Source of the DNA: Paraspadella gotoi
Lineage: Eukaryota; Animalia; Chaetognatha
NCBI GenBank assembly: GCA_051294375.1
Contig: CM119266.1
Location: forward strand, 18,470,087 to 18,534,086
Direction: 5' to 3'
Length of the DNA stretch: 64,000 nucleotides
Shown here: piece after piece, positions 36,541-50,642 of the stretch
How positions within the stretch are numbered: the first letter of the stretch is position 1
Layout: every line of letters starts with the position of its first letter
Notes under the pieces: generated by a model
The model's input: the letters and a program-made list of their open reading frames with translations, nothing else
Databases searched by the model: none
Told to the model about the DNA's origin: nothing
Position numbers and translations under genes: made by a program

Positions 36541-36752
36541 GACTTGATAATTCAATTACGGAACACTGGTTTTGGTTGCCATAGAGATCATTTATTTGTT
36601 GTGAGCATTTTTTTACGCTGATGATATAGCTTTGTTACCTCCAACGATTTCTGGTATAAAAAAAAAGATTTATATATGTGCTAAGTTGCTAACTATAGTA
36701 GTAGCAATGCTATTAGTTTTAATTTTAATAAAACAAAAACAGTGTATTTTGA
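36541..36752 (+). mobile_element. Decayed non-LTR retrotransposon (LINE) reverse transcriptase fragment
   Basis: With two frameshifts it reads QLRNTGFGCH...YADDIALLPPTISGIKKKIYIC...ISFNFNKTKTVYF, matching the LINE RT YADD motif and the downstream FN..KT pattern. Confidence 0.75.
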
Positions 36753-38271
36753 CAAACAAAAGTATTGTATTAACAAAGATTAATTAATTAATTAAAGGTG
36801 TTAATCTGTAATGCTGTATGCCCTTTTGAATGTACCTGCTTTAGAATATTTTGGCGCAGACGCACGTGGTGGTCGTTCACCACATATGTGAAAGGCTTTT
36901 CTCTTAAGTAAGCTTCTATCCGACTAAATATCAACATATTCGTATGTATTTCTATGTCAGTGATCATAGAAATGGTTACTACTATAACTATTGTTGAAGT
37001 TTGAAGTTTGCGAAATTCATAACGAACTGGATGTCAAATCAACGAACAAACGAAAGGTATAACTAAAATGATTGTTCTCTAAATGTAACTGACCGACTTT
37101 CGCCATAAGAGCAAAATACTAAAATTCTAAATTATCTAAACTACTAAAATTACTAATTTCTTTGATTTTCAATCCTATCGAGTGATCGAACGTTTTCTCT
37201 CGCTTTTCTTTCTTTTTCTCTTGCTTTCCTATTTTCACCTTTTGTCTTTTTCCCTCCCAACTTGTCAGCTTTCTCCGTGTTCTTTCCATCTGTTTTCGAA
37301 TTTTGAGCTTCCGTCGTCATCGTCGTCGTCGTTGTCACCATCGTCATCTCCATCGTCGTTGTGACCCACCTGACCCGAGTCTCTTGGCCCGACACCGAAA
37401 AAATCCCTCGACTTCTCGAGATTCGCACAATGGATCGCTATGGGTCGACGAGGTAAGGGGCTTCACTTGCCGCGGCATCGCACAATGGGAATCGGAATTG
37501 AATTCAAGCCTCTTCCTCACCCGGTCGTGACTTCTCCTCTTCCTCTTCCCCATATTTCTGAGCTCACCATCTCTGCCTTCACCATTTCATTTCATTTCAG
37601 CTCTCCAAGTTATTTGGTTCAAAGTCAACGAAAAAATAAAATTATAATTTTCTTCATTTTCTTCGATTTCCCGGTCAACAAATTGCAACTAGGCGATTCT
37701 GCCACTCTCTACAATCTATTTTCATATCTTCAGCGCACTCCGTTATTGGCGACGATATCGTTGTTCTATCTTCAGGCCACTCGCTATTTCGCCATCGACG
37801 ATTTTGGCATTTTGCCATCATCTCGGTCAAATATATTCCTACAATCTACATCCTCTGTTGCCAATTTTCGCCATCACCTCATTTGAAATTTCATCTCTAA
37901 TTGTTAAAAAACCAACAAAAATATCAAGAAATAAATTCTAACTTTTATCCTCATCACTACGCAACTTAAAATTCGATAGACTCTCATAAAAAAGTTCTCA
38001 AAAATCCGCGAAAGAGATTTTTAAGAATCGCGTTCCGTTTCCATGGTAGCGATACAACGCGTCTTTACCGATTTCGATCGTCATAGAGAGTAAGAGAATC
38101 TATTGCGATCGATTTCGTCCTTTCATAGACTTACCCTTCGAGTCAAATCGCCACACCTTCCCAGTAAGCTGTCTACAGAAAAACTGTAAGAATAAACGAA
38201 AAACTTATAAATAATAAACAAACTATAAATATTTCCTCTCGATTAAAATAAAATAAAGCAAAACGCAAAAA

Positions 38272-39119
38272 ATGTCCCCTTCCAAAGAAAAAATCGTCGC
38301 CACCGACGAGATTGCAGACCCGATTGCGAAGCCGAATCCTGGCGCCACCACGAGCTCTGGAACCGCAGAAGATGCAACCGCTGAGAAGCAGACGTCTTCG
38401 GCTCAGAAGCGGAAAGCGGAAAAGGAGCCGTCCGTGTCTGGGAAGCGGAATTCGAGAAGTTCGAATTTTGCTGGTCAGAGGAGCGAAAAGAAGGAGCAGA
38501 GGGAAGGAGCGCTGGAGTCAAACCCACCCTCTCTCTTTCAGGAGAGGATCTCGGAAGACGGCTCAGTAGCCGTCCCCGTCACTTCATCTCCCTCCATAAT
38601 CTCTACCTTTTCCTCCTCTTCTTCCTCCTGTCTCTCACCTCCTTCTTCTCCTCCTCCTCCTCCTCCACCTGCTCGTCGTAAGAAGGAGTTCTACTATTGC
38701 TGGTCCAACTGGAACAAAGGAGAAGTCCCAGACGATTTCCCGACGAAAAGGTGGAGGCGCGCCCACTTCCGGCGACGCGACCACGCCTACAATTCCAAAT
38801 ACGGCTGGAATCGTCACTTGGTCGGAGTGGAGTGGGTTAAGTTTGATTCGAAGCTCCGAGGAAGTGAAGTAGAAGCGGACAGTGACGTAGAGTCGGAGTT
38901 GGAGGAGGGAGGAAGTGGAGCAGAGTCGGAGCAGGAGCGGATGCCTCCACTCGGCGTCGATGAAGAATTCGAAGACTACATCCATCCCGAGTAAGTTTGG
39001 TTGATATTTTAATGCAAGTAAAATTGATTAATTTTTAGTTTTGATTTTTTTTATTTATAGTTTTACGTTTCTTTATCTTTCCCTATGTCTGTCCGTCAGT
39101 CTCTCTCTCTCACACTCAC

Positions 39120-39201
<82 letters not shown>

Positions 39202-42200
39202 ACCATTTCTCTCTTTTTATTTTTAGTCTATATAAAATTTTTTTCTCCCAATTTTCCAATTTTTTTTTTCCGTCTTCTTTGTAACTTTTTCTACCTACTA
39301 TGAGGATTTGTCTCTTACTTTTTCTACTATGAGCATTTTCCCTTTACTTTCTATAGAAATTTGCTCTTCTGTCTGCACCCACTAGATCTTCACTTGAATT
39401 GCTTTACACAAATGGCAAATTTTTGTTTGTTTTGGTCTTAATAAACCAGATGGCTCCACAAACAAAAGAGCGTTTTTAAAACAAAATAGCAATGAAATTT
39501 AATTTTCGTATATCTTTTCTGAAACAAAAGAACAGTCCTATTAAATCTTCTTTGTATTTTTACCCTATTCTACTAGAGGGCTTTACAAAACAGGAGGCTT
39601 TTTGTAAGACAAAGGAACATTCAAAAAATTTTATCTGAACCCACTAGATCTTCACTTGCACCTGCTCTTCAACAAAATAGCAAGTGTTTTTTTCGATTTT
39701 TTTATAGTAAATATTTTTAAAAATAGTTTTTTTTTTATTTTTGCAAAATATGAAAATATGCAAAATTACCTGTTTTACTATTTTCTTGTTGCTTGCATTG
39801 TGAATGGCCTTCTTTTGCCGCATGCAACATAATCTTAAAAGTATAATGATCTCGCCAGACCTTACTATCAAAAAAATTAATAAAAAGTATTATAATCTAA
39901 TTTGCATATTGCAGTAAATCATGATTAAATGGAAATTCAACCAAAAAATATTTGAATCGATATGAAACAAAGAAAATGAATACACATTTTAACTTCCTCA
40001 CTGCCTCACTAATGGAACTTGATAACTAGATAGTTGAAAGCTAAAAAATTATGTAAGATGAAAAAATTATGCAAGTTGAAAAAATTATACAAATTAAAAA
40101 AATTATACAAGTTGAAAAAATTATGCAAGTTAAAAAAATTATGCAAGTTGAAAAAATTAGGCAAGTTGAAAAAATTATGCAAGATAAAAAAATTATACAA
40201 GTTGAAAAAATTATGCAAGTTAAAAAAATTATGCAAGTTTAAAAAATTATACAAGTTGAAAAAAGTATGCAAGTTGAAAAAAGTATACAAGTTGAAAAAA
40301 GTATGCAAGTTAAAAAAGTATGCAAGCTGGAAAAATTATACAATTTGAAAAAAATGATGCTAGTTGAAAAAATGATACAAGTTGAAAAAATGATAAACGC
40401 TAAAAAAATAATGCAAGCTAAAAAATTGATACAAGCTGAAAAATAATACAAGTTGAAAAAATGAAAAAGTTAAAAAATGATGCAAATTTATAAAAATATT
40501 ATTATTGCCGCAGTAACAGTTCAGTTTAAGCCTTTGAAAGCGATTTACATGTATTGGCGCAGCCACTGGTTAACTTAATGGTTAATATTTATCCCGTCTC
40601 TTCCTTTTCCCTTCATCAGATGCGACCCGGACGCGGATTCCCCTTACCCTCCTTTACCCTCGTGGGCCGTGCCTTCCTCTCCGCCCCCGTGCGAGAAGCC
40701 CTACTGCCTCCTAGGCTGCGTGTGCCCCAGCCTCAAGATCAAATGGCCCAAGATGAGCGAAAGGGCTGAACCCGTGTCGGGAGGTGATCAGTCTAGAGAA
40801 GGCATGGCGTCAGTTGTGGGCGGACGACAGAGGCCGAAGCTGCTGTCGATTGATGAAGTCAATTGGGACTCAATCCATTTATCCGGATCGGACGAGGAAA
40901 AAGAGGAGGAGGAGGAAAGGGAGAAGACGAGGAAGAGGAAGAGAGGAAGGAAGAGCGCCGCCCCGAAAAGGCAAGCGGCGCAGTCAAAGCCGCCGGCGTC
41001 GAGGGCGCGACCTATGGCGTCGGCGCGGCGAACGGCGTCTGCTTCGGCGTTGTCACCGCAACCGTCTAAGTCAGCATCTACGTTTGCACCAGAACCGTCT
41101 ACGTCGTTGGCAACCCAATCCACATCGAAGGCAACTCGCTCCACGAGATCATCCACTCGTGCTCGTTCTTTCGCTGCGGAGGCAGTAGCGGCTGCAGCAG
41201 AAGAAACGTCGCCGATATCGACTTCAACAGCAGCTGCATCAGCGGCGGCGACGTCATCTCCAGCGGCGTCGACCAAATCCAAAAGACGCCGTAGAACCTC
41301 CAAGTCCAGCGGCTCGGTCAATTCCGTTAAGTCTCAAAAAGGAGCGGCGTCGCAACCTGTCGTCGACGACGCAATCGAATCTGACGCCGCCTCCGTCGCC
41401 GAGACCGGTGTCAAATCGAGCGCGGCGCCAAGAAAGCGTCGTAATCCCGTTCGACGCTGCGCTCGATCTGCTCCTCCTACCGGCGTCATTTTCGATCTTC
41501 CTGTCGCCGCCGATTCTCAATCTGTCGACGTCGAACCAACGAAGATCAGCGACGACGAAGTTAACGTCACCGCCACCGGCGCCACGAGCGCCACTCGCGC
41601 CAACGCAAAGGGACGCAAATTGACGCCGAAAAGAAAGAATCTTGAGGCCGCCGCCGCTGCTGCCGCCGCTGCTGCTGCTGCCGCCGCCGCATCCGCTGAG
41701 GCCGACGCCATTTCCGGCACCACTCGCGCCACTCGCGCCACTCGCGCCACTCGCGCCAACGCAAAAGGACGCAAATTGACTGCTGCCGCCGCTGCTGCTG
41801 CCGCTGCTGCTGCCGCTGCTGCTGCCGCCGCTGCCCCAGCCGCCGAAGCCGACGCCGTTACCGGCGCCACTCCTGCCACTAGCGTCACTCGCGCCAACGA
41901 AAAGGGATGCAAATCGACGCCGAAAAGAAAGAATCTTGAGGCCGTCGTCGCCGCCATTACCGCCTCCGCTTCCGCCGCCGCTGCTGCTGCCGCCGCTGCC
42001 GCCGCTGCCGACACTTCAACCGCTTCAGAGTCTGCGCCCGCCGCTGCTGTCACTCCCACCGTCACTGCCGCGCCCTCCGCTACCACCGCTCTCGCCGCCG
42101 CAGCAACCGAAAGTGTAAATCTTAATGACGCTGCCACATCTAACAAGATTGCCGCCTCCAACGCCGCCACTGCTTCCGCCGATGGTGCTGCAGCTGCCTG

Positions 42201-43317
42201 TACCGTTGCTGATGTCAACACCCATGCCACTACCGTTGTCGCCGCCACCAAATCGGGGGATTCGGCAAGCGCTCCGACAAGAAAAATCGAAGATGACGCA
42301 ATTCGCCCCAAGGGTTGGATCGTCACAACTCCTTCTCTCAATCACGAAACCTTTCGCTCTGTCTCTCCACCCGGCACTGCATCTCCTCCCAGCGCTGCAT
42401 CTTCTTTCTGCATCGTCTCTCCACCTGAAGGTGCATCTTCTCCCAGTATCGTCTCTTCACCCGGCACTGCATCTTCTCCCAGCGCCGTCTCTCCACCTGG
42501 CGCTGCATCTCCGCCCGCCTCGGCTTCGCAGCCAACTTCCGGCGCCTTCAAATCCCTAGTGAGTTTAGCGCAGGCGCCGATCTTGACTCGCGGTGCCAAA
42601 GATTCCAACTCGCTGATTCACATTCGTCTTCCGTCGTCGGCAATGTCGGCGGGATCGACCAAAACAACAACAACAACAACAACGACGACGACGACGACTT
42701 CTACTCCGGCTGTCCTCACCTTCATGAAGCCTCGACAGCCACCCCGTGCCCTTTCGGCCGTCTTCGGGCCAGACGGGCACCTCGTCTACGCAGACTCCGC
42801 CGCCCGACGCAGCGCTGCCCCGCAGTCGACCGTTTTCCTTCAACGGCCGGGCTCTCTGATCCAACAAATCCCCCAGGCCCAGCGCGAAACAATTATCCAT
42901 CAAGGAAGCGTTACATTATCTTTCTTTGCTCCTTTCGCTGGACCCATCAAGCCAACCCTGCCCGCCGCTCTGCCCGTCACATCTCTCCAAGCTCAGCCCG
43001 TCATTCGGGACATGGCTCCATTGGCGCCGCTTTCAGCCGAGTCCGTCGGCCGAATGGTGGCGCCGGCGTTGGCGGCGTTGCAGGCGCCGCAGAGAGTGTA
43101 TGAGCGGAAGACGGCGGCGTCGTCGGCGAAAACGGCAAGGGCTTCGGTGCCAGATGTGGCAGCGCCGACCCAAAGGTCCTTCGTTCCTCTTCAGCACCGC
43201 AGAGACATCGGCGCCTCCAGGTACAGTCGCGCCGTTTTTGAAAAACCGGAATCATCGTCGGCGTCATCGACCAGGAAGTGGCGCCGCGAGGGAAATGGTG
43301 TCGGAGAGAAGAAGTAA
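38272..43317 (+). CDS. Two-exon ~1140-aa low-complexity nuclear-type protein with an MGA-conserved-domain-like Cys motif
   Basis: Exon 38272-38990 (GA|gtaagt) joins in phase to 40620-43317. Contains CEKPYCLLGCVCPSL (cf. the MGA/ocm CxxxxCRLGCxCxSL motif), basic NLS-like stretches, poly-Ala tracts and SPPG repeats. Confidence 0.7.
40034..40480. repeat. 18-bp minisatellite (gttgaaaaaattatgcaa)n in intron
   Basis: Roughly two dozen degenerate tandem copies. The spurious LCKLKK ORFs arise from it. Confidence 0.9.
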
Positions 43318-43835
43318 AAAAAATAAAACAATAACACGAGGAGACCAAAAAAAAAAAGAGGAAAATTCGCAATGAAATAAAAATGAAGATGATTTCTTTG
43401 GCTTATTGTTGTTTCAATTGTTTGGTTTAATATTATTCTTGAATTATGTTTTGTACGAAATTTTGCCTTTTGTTTCAAAATGCGCATTGATAGATTACGA
43501 ATTCAATATATCAGAAACGAATTCGTTACAAATAACTGATATAATAAGAATTTGTTTGGACAAATTATATGTATTTCTGGTCCACATTCTTACTTTTACT
43601 TATTTTTATTAATGGTACAATTTTCAGTTGCCGAAGGCAAAGTTCAAACTGCCGTCCAAAAAAAATTGGGTTGACCTTTTGTTTTTACTCGAATTTTTAC
43701 TTTTAAGTCATTGATTTGTCATTAATTGACGTTTTGGCCAATTTTTCCTAAGGTGTTTCCCTCTCTCTGCCTGGGTCAACACACTCTCGCTTTCTCTCAT
43801 TTACGACATGGCCAGTAACTGTAGCATGGAAATCG

Positions 43836-43931
<96 letters not shown>

Positions 43932-44050
43932 TCTCTCTCTCCCCCTTTTTCATAATTTGAAATATCGTTCCATTCTCCCTTGCCACTGACTCTCATGGGA
44001 AGAATTGCTAAACATTTTTAATTATTTGTAGTTCGTTGATGTAGCTCACA

Positions 44051-44121
<71 letters not shown>

Positions 44122-44746
44122 CCCCTCCCCCTATCACGTTATTTTTTTAGTCAATGTTACAAACAAGTTATTACCATGTCCATATATTTACCAAAAGAAT
44201 TGTTAACGTTTGCCTCAAATTTTACGAAAATAAAGTTTAAAAAACAATAATGTAGCTGTTTTTTCCCTCCAAACACGAATTTTGAGATAAGATAACGAAA
44301 CCCGACGAGAGATTTTTGCTTCTTCTCAATTTATCTTCGAATTTAAAAAAAAAACAAAGTCGTAATCAGTGTTTGGTTTTGCAAAAATACTGAAATGAAA
44401 AAAAAAAAAAGTCCCGGTTTATATTAAATTCGACTGGTTTTCTGTTTTTTGTGACAGGACGATTGTTAAACGGAACTGTTCAATCATTTATGACAAGAAT
44501 CTTATCGCTCGGAATGAACTCAAAATTAAGTCTTCGCTTTAGAAAATCTTTTTTGAACGATTCTGATGGGAAAAGTTGGAAACTTAAAAGGGAAAACATT
44601 TGAAACAAAGTAAGTTTTTTGAAGAATGTATCGTTCAAACGAATCTTTTAAAGATTAAATTCATGAAATGAAAATGATGAATTACTAATCGTCGTAAAAT
44701 TAAGACGCAAAATATATTATCGGGGAAAAAGTTGTAAAATCTATTG

Positions 44747-45066
44747 TGATCAACTGATCAACTCATCAACTGATCAACTCATCAACTGATCAACTCATCA
44801 ACTGATCAACTCATCAACTGATCAACTGATCAACTGATCAACTGATCAACTCATCAACTGATCAACTGATCAACTGATCAACTGATCAACTGATCATCTG
44901 ATCAACTCAACAACTCATCAACTGATCAACTCATCAACTGATCAACTGATCAACTCATCAACTGATCAACTCATCAACTGATCAACTGATCAACTCATCA
45001 ACTCATCAACTGATCAACTCATCAACTCAACAACTCATCAACTCATCAACTCATCAACTCATCAAC
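44747..45066. repeat. 8-bp satellite mixing TGATCAAC and TCATCAAC units
   Basis: About 40 contiguous units of two variants, plus rare TCAACAAC and TGATCATC. Confidence 0.92.
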
Positions 45067-47332
45067 CTCGTTTTGAATCCAATTGACCGATAGAACGACT
45101 AAAAAATGAAACAAAAGTGACCTTATATGAAATTGGTACAACCAATATAAAAATTATCCATTAATTTAATAAATAAGCTATCTTGCCCCTGACTTTGGAC
45201 AGGCTTTGGTGGTTTAAGGCCTCCATCACTCTTACAAGATAATGACATAGCAGGTCCCTGCAAGGTTTCAATCAAGACTCTCTCACAGTCTCGTTTATTC
45301 ACTCCCAGAGTACCTGGCTTCCCTATCAATGAAGTGGTATAATATTTCAAAGAATGTTTCAATTGTATGAAAAGATATTTTAGAATAAGTTGATTTTTCT
45401 TGTTTTTTTCCCTCGAACATGAATCGATGGCTTTGGAGTGAACAAGACGCTCGTTAATGTGGCCATGCGAGATCCGTTTTTGCTGAGTTAAAATGACCCG
45501 TTTCTCAGAAGCCAAAACATAAAGTAAACTATTTTAATTTTAAGAATAAAATAAAATTCTTTGAGCGAATTATTTCTCTGAGTGTGGGGTGGGCGAGTGG
45601 CGAGGGGAGAGAGAGAGAAATAAAAATGGATCGAATTAAGGTATTTTAAATTTATTTGGGTCAAAAAGGCCTTCATTTCTTTTTATTATTTTTTATGGTC
45701 AATTTTTTTTTAATAGGAATTGAAAAAAACGAAAGTTTTTTGATCGGCGACTTTTCCCTCGGAGTCGCTCTCAATTTTATTTAATATTATTCAATCTTCG
45801 CTTCTTAATGTATTCCTTTTTAAATATTTTAAATTATTCATATAAATCCATTGTAAATTATTTTTGGAATCTCCGTTTAAATATTTTTTACGTAATTTAT
45901 TGAGGTGAGTTTTTTATTTTAGAGTGTAACGGCAGTCTAATCTAAGTTTAATTAGAAAAGGTAAAACTTGAAATATTTTTTAGATTATCCGAATTAAAAA
46001 TATTTATAAAATATATAGTGTATGATATAAAAAAATGATGGAATTTTTTTTCTTTACAGGGAAAGTCGCTTCAACTTAAACGCGACTAAAACGCGGAAAT
46101 ATTTAAATCGACGGAAATAGGATTATTTAATAATTAATTAAATAATTAATTAATTAATCGGCCTGTGATTATATATTCTACGAATCAGGTAAGTTGATTT
46201 CAATCTTTTTCTTCACTCAAATAATAAAAAAAAAAAAAAACCCAATCAAATGTTCCTTTGTTTTATGGTGATTTCTCGTGTTTTCTCGGCGCTAATTTTA
46301 TTGTGACGTTTTAACGCTAGCCAATCTATAAAAATTGGAGTCTTTCTCTAGCCCTTTCGGCCTTGTTTTTTAAAAGTGACTCATTTCATTTTAAATTTTA
46401 AATAATATTAATTTTTAGATCAAGCATTATGGTTTAAGATTGGGGTTAAGAACTAGGGTTTAGGGTTAGAGATTAGGGATTAAAATTAAAGTTCAGGAAT
46501 TAATAAACAGAAATAGAGCGCGTTTAGAAAAGAGAGCCTTATTTTCATTACTTTTCCCCTCGGAAGTAAAAAAAACTCGTAGCAAAATCGTGAAAAGTCT
46601 GAAAGACTGAGATTCGATCTTTGGGTTCAAAGGTCAAACGCGAAGAATTGGATCGAAACTTTTCAAAAATCTCGACAGAAGTTGACATTTTTGTGACGGA
46701 TTTATATCCCAGGGAATCGAAAGGATAACAACAACAACGAAACAACAACGAGTAAGATAACCTTACCGTAGTTCATCTCTTGTTTCTCCTTAAGTCTTAA
46801 CTCAACGATTTAAAATATTTAAAAGATTTTAAAGGTTTTAACCAGTCTCGTCAAAATAAAATTTACGGCGAATTTTTAATTTTCCCTCGAATAAAAAAGA
46901 GAAAATTATATCGAGACTTAATAACTTGAGTCTTCGCTCGTGTTACCGAATTTTTTGATCTCAAAATTGGAAGACGAAAAACGATATTTGTCAATTTTAA
47001 AAAAATGCGGCAATCAAGACCGGTGGAAAAATTGGACCAATGAGGAGAAGAGAAAAAAATGACACAAACATTAGTTTTTCTCTCCTACAAATTTTCTTGA
47101 GGTTTATTTTAATTTTTAAAGGTTCTAATTAAGCTTCTTAGTTTCCCTTTTCTCTTTAATTTTTTTACTTTTATTCTCATTTTTTTTCTTACCGTTTTTC
47201 CTCCTCTTCTTCTTCTTATTTTTCTTGTTCTTATTCTTTCTCCTCTTTCTCCTCCTCTTTCCCCTCTGGGGAATAAGTAAAAACAATTCTTGTATCTTTT
47301 TTTATCCTATTTCATATATATTTCTCTTTTTT

Positions 47333-47420
<88 letters not shown>

Positions 47421-47751
47421 TTTTTTCTCTTCACTTTAAATTTTTCATATTTTACCCTCACCTTCCTCCCTATACTCTCTTTCTCTCTCTTTCTCCTTCC
47501 TCTCCCTCCCCTCCTTCTATCTCTCCTTCTCCTGACTCTCTCTCTATGCCTACCTCCCTCTCTCCATCTCCCTCCCTATCCTTCCTCTCTCTCTCCTTCC
47601 TCTCTCCCTCTCTCTCCCCTCCCTCTATCTCTCCTTCTTCTTCTTCTCTCACTCTCTCTCTCTTCTTCTCATTTCTCTCTCCCTTCTCCCTCACATTCGT
47701 TTCACGCCCAACATTCGGTCTTCCGCTGATTTACGATTTCTTTCGTCCGTC

Positions 47752-47792
<41 letters not shown>

Positions 47793-48876
47793 TCCCTCCT
47801 TCCCCCTCTCTCTCTTCCTCTCTCCTTTCCCCCTCTCTTTCTCCCATTATTTTTAACTCTTCTCCCCTCTCACTCCTCCTCTCTTTTTCTTTTTCCTCTT
47901 CCCCTCTCTCTTCCCCTCTCCATTTCTTTCTCTCTCTCCCCCTGCTCCTCCTCTTCCTCCTCGCTGGAGGATTTACGATTCCCTTAGGATCAAAATCTTT
48001 GTTGGATAACGTCGCCTTGGCGTAGGGGTGGCGCATTGGTACCACTAAAAGTGGCGCAGTGGTTCCTCTTTATTGACGAGGTGGTCACACTGTTTCTGCC
48101 AACTGATTCCAACGCGTGACTGGCATAAAGAGGCAACCTTGACCGTCACCCGATGGAGAAACTGGATTTGCAATCGGATCATTGCAAATCGCAGATGGAA
48201 GCGAAAGTCAAATGCGACTGCAGAGGAAAAACGGAGCAACGGGGTCTCAGTTTTGAGTCAATGTCTCTTAGTTTCATTTCTGTTAGCATCGAAAAAGTTA
48301 TAGAATTGAAATTAGAATTGAATCGAATTAAAATTCGCGATAGAAATGAAAATCTAAATCTTTGTCGGAATCTTTTCTCTCTCAGATGGCGAGAATTCAA
48401 AGAATTAAACTTTTACAAATAATTCGCCGCTTTGAAGTTTTTTTTTTTTAATTTTCATTTAAAATTGACAGAATTTTAAACTATTTTATTTAATAAAATC
48501 CGAATGAAAAAAAAAATCTAAAACTTTTCTGCTTTTCTCCTTTGCCAAATATAGAAAAATAAAAAAAATATTTTCATTTAAATATTTTTCGAAATAATGA
48601 CAAAAATCATCGAAAAATAAATGAAAAAAGAAAAGATTTTTGATTTTGGTAGCTTTAGTTAGACTTGACCTGGGCTCGATCTGGGTTCGTTTAGCTTGAT
48701 TTTGGCCTGGGCTTTGGGGTTCGGGTTGGGCTTGGTTTTAAGTTAGGGTTTTCTTGGGATTTTGCTTGGTTCGTCCTTGGCCTTCGCTTCTTGTATTCGT
48801 TTGACGAATCAATCGAAATTTTTCGCGCTTTATTTGGCAGATCGTCACAAAAAGCCTTTGCTTGTCAGTGCCGACA

Positions 48877-48983
<107 letters not shown>

Positions 48984-49933
48984 TTTTTGGCTTTCGATCT
49001 TTCTCTCTCAGATGGTGAATCACTTATAGATTTTTTTCTTCTTCTGTTGATTCAGCAGAAGATAATCCACAACAACAACAATAACAACAACAACAACAAC
49101 CGTGACCTTTTTACAGCCGTCGTCGTTATCGTCGTCGTTGTCGTCGTCGTCGTTGTCGTCGTCGATTTTAAGGTGCGATGCATTAGCGTTGTCTGATAGT
49201 AAACGTCATGTTTACAACGCGATCGACCGAAAGATCGATGGTTTTTCCAATGTTTTTTAGTCGTCGTCGTCGTTGTCGTCGTCGTCGCAGTCGTTGTCGT
49301 TATCTTTGCGGAGAGAAGGTAAGAATTAGAAAAAAGGAAAAAGAAAGAAAGAGGAGTGAAAGGAAGAATTATGTAAAAGAGAGTAAAAAGAAAAGAAGAA
49401 AAGAGAAGGGAAGAATTAGGAAAGAAAGATAAAAGGAGAGAGAGAATAATAGAAATAGAAATAGAAATAATTCGGAAAATAAAGGAAAAAAATAGAGTAA
49501 AGAAAGGAAGGATTATGAAAAGATAGGAAGAAGATAAAAGGGGAAAGAAGCTAAGAATTAGTAATAGAAAGTAAAACTAAAAAGAAAGGAGGGAAAACTA
49601 AAGAAATAAAAAAATATGAAAAGTGAATTTCTGTCATCCATCATATCTTAACCGATGATGACGACGACTTTCGCCAACAAGAAAGGAGAACGTAAAAAAC
49701 CCTCAACGACAACAATAACAACAACTACAACAACGACGACGACTTCTGCCGTTTCACGGCTCACGCCTTTCACTCGCCGACTTTCGGCTTCTGTAAAAAG
49801 AAAAGGAAAACCGATTCACACAACGAATCACATTCACGGTCATGCCGACCGTGAAGGAGGGGGGTGAACAATAACACAATGATTCGCACCATGAGATGTG
49901 ACGCGTGAGGATGGAGGGAGAAGGAAAATATAC

Positions 49934-50045
<112 letters not shown>

Positions 50046-50402
50046 CCTCTCATCGCCGATTTTTAGGGGAAAATGTATTTTTCCGTTCGTTTCATCCTAT
50101 CAGCTTTCGTCCCCGGGATGCTTCGACCAATTAGCGTTCGTCCCCTCGGAATCACGACCAATCAGATCCCTCTGGACGCGATTCTCTGTCGCGATTGGTC
50201 CAGATGATCGAATATTCTGTTCCCCGGTTATCACAATTTTTTTTCTCTTCCCTCTTCCTCCTTTCAAAGAAAAGCAAAAGCTCTTCCTCCTCATCCTCCT
50301 TATCCCGTTGACTTACCACGGTCTTACCTCGTCGCGGTCGTCGTCGTCTGCGTCGTCTTCGACGACGTTTCCAGTCCTCGCGAAGAGAGACGACGAGAGA
50401 GA

Positions 50403-50458
<56 letters not shown>

Positions 50459-50604
50459 GAGCACGTTCTTTTTTTCTTTTTATATATTTTGCTTTTCTCC
50501 TTTTTAACTTCATTTTCTTTTTTTTATTTTAGTCTCTCTCTCTCCCGGGCCTGCGTTCTTTCGACAGCGTCTCTCTCTCTCTCTCTCTTCTCTCTCTCTT
50601 CTCT

Positions 50605-50642
<38 letters not shown>

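Noticed and set aside
37150-37900. Short ORFs in a C/T-rich block upstream of the MGA-like gene
   Set aside because: Low-complexity, with no domain or phase-consistent splicing; more likely UTR or promoter sequence.
40009-40566. ORFs with LCKLKK / LHNFFN periodicity
   Set aside because: Translation of an 18-bp intronic minisatellite, open on both strands by repetition.
44747-45066. CRISPR-like array
   Set aside because: No unique spacers; simple tandem satellite in a eukaryotic genome.
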